Source of the DNA: an uncultured Solirubrobacterales bacterium
GTDB taxonomy: Bacteria; Actinomycetota; Thermoleophilia; Solirubrobacterales; 70-9
Length of the DNA stretch: 64,000 nucleotides
Reading direction: 5' to 3'
NCBI GenBank assembly: GCA_963766115.1
Contig: CAVXYR010000006.1
Coordinates: 177,514-241,513, forward strand
The translations under genes were made by a program, and so were the position numbers. How positions within the stretch are numbered: the stretch's first letter is position 1; the number at the start of each line of letters is the position of its first letter. This document shows, piece by piece, positions 10,778-19,015 of this stretch. Below the pieces are notes generated by a model. The model saw only the letters and a list, made by a program, of their open reading frames with translations. It did not search any database and was not told the origin of the DNA.

Positions 10778-12259
10778 GTGAACGACGGATTCTCAAGGAG
10801 GGAACTGCTGCGACGCGGAGCGTTCGCGGGCGCAGCCGCACTCGCGTTTCCGGGTGCCCTCGCCTGCGCCGGGAACGACCCCGGGCGTGACGGCCCCAGG
10901 GTTGTCATCGTCGGCGCCGGCCTGGCCGGTCTCAGTTGCGCTCACCGGCTGTCGCAGCAGGGCATGCCCTGCGCGCTGTACGAGGCCAATTCATCCCGGC
11001 TCGGGGGACGGTGCTGGACAGCAAGGGGCTTCGCCGAGGGGCAGACGGCCGAGCACGGGGGTGAGTTCATCGATTCGCGCCACCTGAGAATCCGGGTGCT
11101 TGCGCGCGAATTCGGTCTGGAGTTCATCGACACCTTTGCCGTCGCCAACCCGGGTACATCCCGCTGGTGGCTGAAAGGCGAGCGCCGGCGCGCGATCCGC
11201 AGTCAGCCGGGTTGGGGGGAGTTCGAGCGGAAGCTGACGGCGGCCGCCCGGCGGGCGGCGCCGTTCCGATTCGACCGGGCAACGCCGGCGGCCCGGGCCA
11301 TGGACGAGATGACCGCGGCGCAATGGATGGATGCGAACATCGCCGGCGGCAGCGACAGCGTGGTCGGTCACCTGGTCTGGGCCGAGATGGCCAGCGAGTT
11401 CGGCCTGGACGCGGATCGTCTGAGCGCGCTCAACCTGGTTCTGCAGTACATCGTGCCGGCGCCCGGCGCCGACGAGCGATACACGATCCGCGGCGGAAAC
11501 GATCAGCTGGTAGAAGGGCTTGCCGCGGGCCTTCCGGACGGAACGGTTCGCCCCGACGCGCCACTGGAGGCTCTCTACCGACACGGGGGAGGGAGCTACG
11601 GGTTGCGTTTCGCCGGGATCAGCGACGAGGTCGAGGCCGACCACGTGGTCCTGGCCCTCCCGTTCAGCACTCTGCGGGAGGTTGACCTCAGCCGCTCGGG
11701 GTTCAGCCGCAGGAGGCTCGCCTGTATCGATCAGCTCGGCATGGGCACGAACGCCAAGCTGCTGATGCAGTTCGACCGTCGCCCCAGGCGCTACGGCGAC
11801 TGGAGCGGTTACCTGACCAGCGACTCTCCGTACCTGCTGACCTGGGAGAGCACCCTCGGCCAGCCCGGCCGCTCGAGCATCGTGACGACCTTCTTCGGAG
11901 GCCGATCGGGAGCGGGAGGCCTCCCGGCCGCCGGCGCCCACGCTCCGACCTTGCCGGGCGCGGTCGGGCGCAACCTGAACAGCCTCACCGAAGGCGGAGG
12001 CACCGGCATCGTCGGGCTCGAAGGCGGGTTCAACGGGGAGGCCTGGACAGATCGCTGGGTCTCCGACCGGTGGGCACGGGGGTCGTACGCGGCCTACCTG
12101 CCCGGACAGTTCACCCGCTACTACGGCTACGCCGGTCGCCCGGAAGGCGGGGTACATTTCGCCGGCGAGCACACCGTCACGACAAACCAGGGCTACCTCG
12201 AAGGGGCTGTGCGCTCCGGAGAGCGGGCCGCCGCCGCGATCCTCGCGAGGACCCGTTAG
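10778..12259 (+). CDS. FAD-dependent amine oxidase (flavin monoamine oxidase family) with twin-arginine signal
   Basis: 493 aa, GTG start. Tat motif SRRELLRRGAFAGAAALA, dinucleotide fold VVIVGAGLAGLSCA...YEANSSRLGGRCWT, C-terminal HFAGEHT. Confidence 0.8.
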   Translation: MNDGFSRRELLRRGAFAGAAALAFPGALACAGNDPGRDGPRVVIVGAGLAGLSCAHRLSQQGMPCALYEANSSRLGGRCWTARGFAEGQTAEHGGEFIDSRHLRIRVLAREFGLEFIDTFAVANPGTSRWWLKGERRRAIRSQPGWGEFERKLTAAARRAAPFRFDRATPAARAMDEMTAAQWMDANIAGGSDSVVGHLVWAEMASEFGLDADRLSALNLVLQYIVPAPGADERYTIRGGNDQLVEGLAAGLPDGTVRPDAPLEALYRHGGGSYGLRFAGISDEVEADHVVLALPFSTLREVDLSRSGFSRRRLACIDQLGMGTNAKLLMQFDRRPRRYGDWSGYLTSDSPYLLTWESTLGQPGRSSIVTTFFGGRSGAGGLPAAGAHAPTLPGAVGRNLNSLTEGGGTGIVGLEGGFNGEAWTDRWVSDRWARGSYAAYLPGQFTRYYGYAGRPEGGVHFAGEHTVTTNQGYLEGAVRSGERAAAAILARTR

Positions 12260-12376
12260 GCCCGGATCCAGCCTTCAGGAAGTCCAGAGGGCTCTCTCAG
12301 AGTTCTTTCAAGCTCCCCCTTCACGATCGACTCAGTACCGGTGAAAGACCGGAGAAAAGTCAATCGGAAGGAAACC

Positions 12377-12982
12377 ATGAAGAAGCCAATCGCAATAGCA
12401 GCAGCGGTGATCGCCCTCGGGGTCGCCGGTACCGCGATCGCGGCGCCGGGTGGCGGAGTTCTCGGCGGCGATCCTGAGGAACGCCAGGCCGAGTTCGCAA
12501 GCGATCTCGCCCAGCGCCTCGACGGCGTCAACGCCAACCAGGTCGAGAAGGGCCTCGAGGAGATCCACGCCGAGCGGGAAGCAGAGATGCTGAACCAGCG
12601 GGCGAAGGGTCTCGCCTCCCAACTCGACGGTGTCAGTGTCGACCAGGCGAAGACCGCGCTCGAAAGCGTTCACAAGACGCTCGAGTCCGAAGGGACCAGG
12701 CCCGACCCTGAGCAGGTCGACCAGATGCTGGCCGACAAGCTCGGCGTCAGCGCCGAGGACATCCAGAAGGCCCACCAGGCCGAAGCGGAGAGCCGACTCG
12801 ACCAGGCCGTCAAGGACGGCATGCTGACCGAAGAGCAGGCAGGCCAGATCCGCGAGCGGATCGAGAGCGGTGAAGGACCGGCTCCCGGTGGCGGCCATCC
12901 CGGTGGTCCGCCCGGTGGTCCCGGCGCGGGCTTCGGGCCCGGAGTCCCGCCCGGAGACGTGTCTCCGGATGCGGGTGCCTGA
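12377..12982 (+). CDS. Secreted helical-repeat protein with LTXXQ-type motif and Gly/Pro-rich tail
   Basis: ATG at 12377 after GGAAGG. Signal-like MKKPIAIAAAVIALGVAGTAIA. Three units of the form L(D)GVsxxQ...L..vH. MLTEEQAGQIRERI contains LTEEQ. Tail is GPAPGGGHPGGPPGGPGAGFGPG. Confidence 0.6.
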   Translation: MKKPIAIAAAVIALGVAGTAIAAPGGGVLGGDPEERQAEFASDLAQRLDGVNANQVEKGLEEIHAEREAEMLNQRAKGLASQLDGVSVDQAKTALESVHKTLESEGTRPDPEQVDQMLADKLGVSAEDIQKAHQAEAESRLDQAVKDGMLTEEQAGQIRERIESGEGPAPGGGHPGGPPGGPGAGFGPGVPPGDVSPDAGA

Positions 12983-13050
12983 CCCCGCATGAAGCCTGCC
13001 GGGAAAAGCGCCGGGGCGGTCGCCGCCAGATCGGATGAAAGGATCCGGCT

Positions 13051-13731
13051 GTGATCTCATCACCGACCGTCCTGGTGGTCGACGACGACCCCGGTATCCG
13101 CGAAGCCCTCGACCGCGCCCTGCGGCTCGAGGGTTTCTCGGTTTCGGCATCGCCCGACGGCGAGTCGGCGCTGCTGGCCGCCGAGGCGGAGGGGCCGGAC
13201 CTGATGGTGCTCGACCTCGGTCTTCCCGGGATCTCCGGGATCGAGGTGATTCGGAAGCTGCGAGTGGAGGGTCACGACCTGCCGATCTGCGTGCTCTCGG
13301 CCCGCGACGAGGTCGCCGACCGGGTAGAGGGCCTCAGGGCCGGCGCCGACGACTACGTGGTCAAGCCGTTTGATCTCGAGGAACTGGTGGCCCGCCTCCA
13401 GGCCCTGCTCAGGCGTCGTCCCTCGGAGGTCAGCACCGCCGTGCAGGTTGGTGATCTGCGGGTCGATCCCGCACGCCGGCAGGTCCGGCTCGGTGAACGG
13501 GAGCTCGACCTGACCGCCCGGGAGTTCGAGCTGCTCGAGGTCCTGGCCCGCCACCCGGGAATCGTGCTCTCCAGGGCTCAACTCCTGGAGCAGGTCTGGG
13601 GTTACACCTTCGAAGTCGAGGGGAACGTGGTCGACCAGTTTGTCTCCTACCTTCGGAGGAAGACCGAGGACGGGGGCGAGCCGCGGATCATCCACACGGT
13701 CCGGGGGGTCGGGTTCGTGCTGCGACCGTGA
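13051..13731 (+). CDS. OmpR/PhoB-family response regulator
   Basis: 226 aa. Receiver VLVVDDDPGIREAL...MVLDLGLPGISG...ADDYVVKPF. Winged-helix LTAREFELLEVLARHPG...VRGVGFVL. Confidence 0.9.
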   Translation: MISSPTVLVVDDDPGIREALDRALRLEGFSVSASPDGESALLAAEAEGPDLMVLDLGLPGISGIEVIRKLRVEGHDLPICVLSARDEVADRVEGLRAGADDYVVKPFDLEELVARLQALLRRRPSEVSTAVQVGDLRVDPARRQVRLGERELDLTAREFELLEVLARHPGIVLSRAQLLEQVWGYTFEVEGNVVDQFVSYLRRKTEDGGEPRIIHTVRGVGFVLRP

Positions 13732-15161
13732 AGGTGAAACGGACCCTGAACAGCCTGCGCGGCCGGGTCGCGGTGGTCGCCACCGCCACGGTGGCGGTGG
13801 TTCTCCTGCTGGTCGGCATCGTGGCCGTGACTTCATTCGCCGACCGGGAGAGCGACCGGATCGACCAGCAGCTCACTTCACGTCCGGCGCCGGAGCTGGC
13901 CCGGGCCCTCGGCGCCGGCCCCGGGGGTCGGGGTCCGGTCCCTGAGCCACCGGCCGATGCTCCCGCATCACCGGGCTCCGGTCAGGACGGCGCCGGTGGC
14001 GGGTTCGGCCCGCAGGTACTCCGGCCGACCGGCGAGTACGTTCGATTGATCTCCGACGGTGAGGTGGTCCGCAGTGTCGACGCACCCGCGGACCTGCCGA
14101 TCCCCGACGGGCCCGGACTGCGCACCCTCGGCGCCGGCGGGACCAGCTACCGCTCGCTGGCCCGCGAGGCGGGCCCCGGGGCCCTGATCGAGATCGGGAT
14201 TGATCTGGACGAGTCAGACGCGCGGGTCGCCGAGCTCCGCGACCGGCTGCTCCTGATCGGCCTGGCCGGTGTGCTGCTGGTCGCAGCGCTCAGTTGGTGG
14301 CTGGCCGGACTTGCCCTGCGACCGCTCGGGACGCTGCGGGACGAGGCCGGCAGGGTGAGTGGCACCGATGACCTCTCGAAACGGGTGGATCCCGGAAAGA
14401 GCCCGGCCGAGATCGAAGCGCTGACCGACAGCATCAATGCGATGCTGGCCCGGCTGGAGGACTCGTCGGCAGAGACCGAGCAGGCGCTGCAGGCCACCCG
14501 TCGCTTCGCCGGGGATGCCGGTCACGAGCTGCGAACCCCGATGACCGCACTTCAGGCAAATCTGGGAGCGGTCCGGCGCAATCCGGACCTCGACCCGGCC
14601 GAACGGGATGCCGCGCTCGAGCAGATGGATGCCGACGCCGCCCGGATGATGCGGATGCTCGGAACCCTGCAGACTCTGGCCCGCGGCGATACCGCTGCCG
14701 CCCTTCCCCGGGAGCAGGTAGAGCTGACCGCCCTGGTCGGCGCCGCGGCCGACGCGGCCCGCGGTCGCCATCCCTCCACCCGGTGGACGCTCGAGGTCCC
14801 GGCAGGGGAAGTCACCGCCCAGGGCTGGCCTGACGGACTGCGCGCGATGATCGACAACCTGCTGGAAAACGCGGCCAGGCACGGCAGGCAGGGAGGCGAG
14901 GTCACGGTCTCCCTGTCGGGGGCTGGTGACCCGATTTGGCTGACCGTCGACGACGACGGAGAAGGGGTGCCGGTCGATCACCGGGAGCGGATCTTCGACC
15001 GGTTCGAACGCGGCGACTCCACCGGGGTCGACGGCTCGGGGCTCGGCCTGTCACTGGTGCGTCAGCAGGCGAGGCTTCACGGGGGAGATGTCACGGTTGG
15101 CGAAAGCCCGGCGGGTGGAGCCCGTTTCCGAGTTTCGCTGCTGAAGACCGGATCAGGCTGA
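13728..15161 (+). CDS. Sensor histidine kinase (2 TM, HAMP, HisKA, HATPase_c)
   Basis: 477 aa. GTGA start/stop overlap with the regulator. H-box AGHELRTPMTAL, N-box DNLLENAARH, G-boxes DDDGEGV and GSGLGLSLV. Confidence 0.9.
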   Translation: MKVKRTLNSLRGRVAVVATATVAVVLLLVGIVAVTSFADRESDRIDQQLTSRPAPELARALGAGPGGRGPVPEPPADAPASPGSGQDGAGGGFGPQVLRPTGEYVRLISDGEVVRSVDAPADLPIPDGPGLRTLGAGGTSYRSLAREAGPGALIEIGIDLDESDARVAELRDRLLLIGLAGVLLVAALSWWLAGLALRPLGTLRDEAGRVSGTDDLSKRVDPGKSPAEIEALTDSINAMLARLEDSSAETEQALQATRRFAGDAGHELRTPMTALQANLGAVRRNPDLDPAERDAALEQMDADAARMMRMLGTLQTLARGDTAAALPREQVELTALVGAAADAARGRHPSTRWTLEVPAGEVTAQGWPDGLRAMIDNLLENAARHGRQGGEVTVSLSGAGDPIWLTVDDDGEGVPVDHRERIFDRFERGDSTGVDGSGLGLSLVRQQARLHGGDVTVGESPAGGARFRVSLLKTGSG

Positions 15162-15194
15162 CCTCGGTGGAAGCGGCGGGCCGGTTGTAGTGTC

Positions 15195-15497
15195 ATGATC
15201 CCCTCCATGGACGAGGCTCGGGGCGCACCGGACGCCGACGACACGCTTCGCGAGAGAGCGGTCAAGCGGATCAAGCAAAAGCGCGACTTCCGGCAGCACC
15301 TGCTCACGTATTTCGCAGTGAACGCCTTTCTGGTGGCTATCTGGGCGGTTTCGGGTGCCGGCTTCTTCTGGCCGGTATTCCCGATCGTGGGCTGGGGCCT
15401 GTTCGGAATCGTCCCTCACGCCTGGCGCGTATACGGCAGCCGGGGAGAAATCACCGAAGACCAGATACAGGAAGAGATGAGACGGATCGACCACTGA
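15195..15497 (+). CDS. 2TM-domain small membrane protein
   Basis: 100 aa. AVKRIKQKRDFRQHLLTYFAVNAFLVAIWAV...FWPVFPIVGWGLFGIVPHAW is typical of the 2TM domain family. Confidence 0.55.
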   Translation: MIPSMDEARGAPDADDTLRERAVKRIKQKRDFRQHLLTYFAVNAFLVAIWAVSGAGFFWPVFPIVGWGLFGIVPHAWRVYGSRGEITEDQIQEEMRRIDH

Positions 15498-15521
15498 TCC
15501 GTCTTTCGAAAGGAACGACTG

Positions 15522-15887
15522 ATGATCACGAAGATGACCGACCTGCCCGAAGGCGTTCTCGGATTCGAGGCGGAAGGCCGGGTCACCAGCGACGACTACT
15601 CCGATGTGATGATTCCCGCGGTCGAGGCGGCGCTGGAGGAGCACGACAAGGTCAGGCTGATCTACCTGCTGGGGAAGGACTTCGTGGAGTACTCGGCCGG
15701 GGCTGCCTGGGACGACACCAAGATCGGGATGGAGCATCTCTTCTCGTACGAGCGGGTTGCGCTGGTCACCGACCACAAGGACTACCGGGCGGCGGTCAAG
15801 GGCTTCGGCTTCCTGATGCCGGGCAAGGTCAGGGTCTTCGGCACGGACGAGCTCGACGCCGCCAAGACCTGGGTCAGCGAAGACTGA
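15522..15887 (+). CDS. STAS/SpoIIAA-like protein (DUF3478-like)
   Basis: 121 aa. Has GVLGFEAEGRVTSDDY...KVRLIYLLGKDF...YERVALVTD...DELDAAKTWV. Confidence 0.6.
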   Translation: MITKMTDLPEGVLGFEAEGRVTSDDYSDVMIPAVEAALEEHDKVRLIYLLGKDFVEYSAGAAWDDTKIGMEHLFSYERVALVTDHKDYRAAVKGFGFLMPGKVRVFGTDELDAAKTWVSED

Positions 15888-15971
15888 CCGGCACATTCAG
15901 CGCCTGATCGCAGCCACCGCCTGATCACGGCCGCCCGAGCCGCCACCGCGACCGCCAGGCCAGCGGCTATC

Positions 15972-17594
15972 GTGCCTCCGGTGAAGAAGTGGGGGCCCCT
16001 CATATTCCTGTCTGCGGCCCAGTTCCTGATGGTGCTGGACCAGGCAGTGATGAACGTGGCGATTTCCCAGCTGGTCGAGGATTTCGATACGGACGTGACC
16101 ACGATCCAGGCGATCATCGCCTTCTACGCCCTGGTCATGGCCAGTCTGATGCTGATAGGCGGCAAGATCGGTGACATCATCGGGCGGCGGCGCGCATTCG
16201 GCGTCGGCCTGGTGATCTACGCGGCCGGATCGGCGACCACGGCCCTTTCGGGAAGCGTCGCGGTGCTCGCCTTCGGCTGGTCGGTCCTCGAGGGAATCGG
16301 TGCCGCCATGGTGCTGCCGGCGATGATCGCGCTGGTTGCCGGCTCGTACACGGGCAAGGAAAGGGCTCTGGCCTACGGCATCCTCGGAGGGGTGGCCGGC
16401 GCCGGTATCGCGGTCGGTCCGATCCTCGGTGGCTGGGCCACTACCGAGGCATCCTGGCGGCTCGTCTTCGTCGGCGAGGTCGTGGTCGCCCTGGGAATCC
16501 TGGCCGGGATCCGCACGATCAGGGAGCCGGAGAAGGTGACCGGGGTCAGGCTCGACTGGGTCGGCGGGGTGCTGTCGGCCGGCGGACTGGCACTGACCGT
16601 GTTCGGAGTGCTGAGGGCCGGCACCTGGGGCTGGCTCCAGCCGCTCGATTCGCCGGTCGAGCCGTTCGGCTTCTCGCTGACCCCGTTCGTGATCGCCGCG
16701 GGCCTGGTGGTCCTGGCTGGCTTCGTCGGCTGGGAGAGACGCCGGGAGAGACGGGGAGAGCAGCCCCTGGTCCACCTCGGCCTGTTCAGGATCCCCAGCC
16801 TGAGGGGGGGTGTTGCGATGCTGCTCGCCCAGAACATGCTGCTGATGGGCATCTTCTTCACCGTGCCGCTCTACCTCCAGGTGGTCCAGGGGCTCGACGC
16901 GCTCGAAACCGGAATCCACATGCTTCCCGCATCGTGCGGGCTGTTCGTGGCAGCACTGGGCGGTTCGGTGCTCTCGCGGCGCTTCACGGCGCGGCTGCTG
17001 GTCCGGATCGGTCTCGCGATCGCCTTCGTCGCGATCTTCATGATGCTCGGAACGATCGACTTCACCCTCGACAGCACCAGCTTCATGATCGCCATGGGTG
17101 TACTCGGCGTCGGTATGGGGTTGATCATCTCCCAGCTCGGCAACTCGGTCCAGTCGTCGGTCGGCGACCGGGACCGGAGCGAAGCCGGTGGGCTGCAGAA
17201 CACGTCGATGCAGATCGGCTCCTCGCTGGGCACGGCTCTGCTCGGAGCCGTGGTGATCACGGGCCTGATTGCCGCCTTTTCCTCGAACGTGGCCGAGAAC
17301 CCCGAAATTCCGGCCTCGGTCAAGGACCAGGTCCAGGTCGAGCTCAGCTCGGGCGGAAGCTTCGTCGCTTCCGACGAGGTACGCGCCGCCGCCGAGGGGG
17401 CCAACTTGAGCGAACCGACTTCCGACCTCCTCGTGGCCGACTACGAAGGCGCCCAGATACAGGCCCTGAAGACGGCGCTACTTTTCGCCGCGTTCCTCGC
17501 CCTGATTTCCTTTCCGGCAACGAGAAACCTCCCCGGGTACCCGCTCGGGAAGCCGGAGGCCGGGCCCGAAGGCGAGGCGACAGCGGTCACGTGA
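15972..17594 (+). CDS. MFS transporter, 14-TM DHA2 (EmrB/QacA-like) drug:H+ antiporter type
   Basis: 540 aa. Has LMVLDQAVMNVAI and GKIGDIIGRRRAF (motif A-like), with many hydrophobic segments. Confidence 0.85.
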   Translation: MPPVKKWGPLIFLSAAQFLMVLDQAVMNVAISQLVEDFDTDVTTIQAIIAFYALVMASLMLIGGKIGDIIGRRRAFGVGLVIYAAGSATTALSGSVAVLAFGWSVLEGIGAAMVLPAMIALVAGSYTGKERALAYGILGGVAGAGIAVGPILGGWATTEASWRLVFVGEVVVALGILAGIRTIREPEKVTGVRLDWVGGVLSAGGLALTVFGVLRAGTWGWLQPLDSPVEPFGFSLTPFVIAAGLVVLAGFVGWERRRERRGEQPLVHLGLFRIPSLRGGVAMLLAQNMLLMGIFFTVPLYLQVVQGLDALETGIHMLPASCGLFVAALGGSVLSRRFTARLLVRIGLAIAFVAIFMMLGTIDFTLDSTSFMIAMGVLGVGMGLIISQLGNSVQSSVGDRDRSEAGGLQNTSMQIGSSLGTALLGAVVITGLIAAFSSNVAENPEIPASVKDQVQVELSSGGSFVASDEVRAAAEGANLSEPTSDLLVADYEGAQIQALKTALLFAAFLALISFPATRNLPGYPLGKPEAGPEGEATAVT

Positions 17595-17741
17595 CCCGGG
17601 CGTCTGTCGTGCAGCCGCCCCGTTGACCTGCGCCCGCCGGATGTTGAGTCGCAAACGACGGCGCCCGGCCATATCGGTAAACTGACCCGTCAGTCAGTAA
17701 GCTCACGTATCGGCAAGTCCGCAACTTCCTGGAGGCTCCAC

Positions 17742-18980
17742 ATGTCAGCCGAATCCGACGCACCGCTAGACGAGACCAGGGTCTTCGAGGAGGAACTCTG
17801 GCAGGACGGCCCGCCGCACCAGCTCTTCTCACGCTTGCGCTCGGAATGCCCCGTCCACTGGTCCGACGGCATGTCGATGTTCCCCGAAGAAGGCGGCTAC
17901 TGGTCGGTCACCACGGCCGACGGCGTCTACGAAGTCAGCCGCGACTGGAAGACCTACTCGTCCGAGCGTGGCGGGATCACGGCCGTGACCGATTCGGTTC
18001 TGCCGCTGGAGTTGATGACCTCGATGTTCATCGGGATGGATCCGCCCAAACACGACCGGATCAAGGCGCTCTTTCAGAAGGGGTTCACACCCAAGCGGAT
18101 TGCCGAGCACGAAGACGAGATCCGGGAGATCACCCGTGACGTGATCAGCAAACTCGAGGGCAGGGAGACCTGTGACCTGGTCGATGACATCGCGCAGCCG
18201 GTGGTCGCCCGGGTAATCGGCAGCTTCATGGGTCTTCCCCCGAGCGACGATGTCGTCTGGGCCCGTCTGATGAATACGATTCTCGGCGCGAACGACCCGG
18301 ATGTGAATCCGGAAGGTGTCGAGACCGTGATGAGCCGGGACGTGCCCGAGGTCTTCGAGCGCTGCTCGAAGATGATCGCCGACCGCCGCGAGAACCCGAC
18401 TGAGGATCTGACCAGCGTGCTGGTCCACGCCGAGATCGATGGAGAAAAGCTGGAAGAGCACGAGATCGTGATGGGCTTCTTCCTCTTGATGGCAGCTGGC
18501 AACGACAGCACCAAAGCGACCTACTGCAGTGCGATGCGGGCGTTGCTGGAAGACGACGAGCAGCGCCAGATGCTGCTCGACGACCCGTCTCTGGTGCCCT
18601 CGACCGTCGAGGAGGCTCTGAGGATGTTCCCGGCGTTCGCCCACTTTCGCCGCACGGCCACCAGGGACACCGAGCTTCAGGGCCAGAAGATCGAGGAAGG
18701 CGACAAGGTGATCATGTGGTACGTCTCGTCCAATCGTGACGAGAGCCGCTACGAGAATCCCGACACCTTCGACGTCAAGCGCAATCCCGAGCACCAGGCT
18801 TTCGGCGCCGGCGGCCGCCACTTCTGTCTCGGCACGGCGCTCGCCCGGCTGGAGCTCAAGATCCTGATCGAGGAAACCCTCGCCCGCTACCCCGAGATGG
18901 AGATCGACGGCGACCCCAAGTACGTGGTCTCGGGCTTCGTCAACCAGCTCCGGACCCTGCCGGTCAAGCTCAACGGCTGA
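17742..18980 (+). CDS. Cytochrome P450
   Basis: 412 aa. I-helix LLMAAGNDST, EEALR (ExxR), heme loop FGAGGRHFCLGTALA. Confidence 0.9.
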   Translation: MSAESDAPLDETRVFEEELWQDGPPHQLFSRLRSECPVHWSDGMSMFPEEGGYWSVTTADGVYEVSRDWKTYSSERGGITAVTDSVLPLELMTSMFIGMDPPKHDRIKALFQKGFTPKRIAEHEDEIREITRDVISKLEGRETCDLVDDIAQPVVARVIGSFMGLPPSDDVVWARLMNTILGANDPDVNPEGVETVMSRDVPEVFERCSKMIADRRENPTEDLTSVLVHAEIDGEKLEEHEIVMGFFLLMAAGNDSTKATYCSAMRALLEDDEQRQMLLDDPSLVPSTVEEALRMFPAFAHFRRTATRDTELQGQKIEEGDKVIMWYVSSNRDESRYENPDTFDVKRNPEHQAFGAGGRHFCLGTALARLELKILIEETLARYPEMEIDGDPKYVVSGFVNQLRTLPVKLNG

Positions 18981-19015
18981 GCCGGACCGGCGTCAGCAGG
19001 CCGCGCCCTTGAGCG

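Noticed and set aside
12341-12376. Upstream start (12341) for the LTXXQ-like secreted protein
   Set aside because: The ATG at 12377 is preceded by GGAAGG and yields a canonical signal peptide (MKKPIAIAAAVIALGVAGTAIA). The extra 12 codons (MKDRRKVNRKET) would bury the signal.
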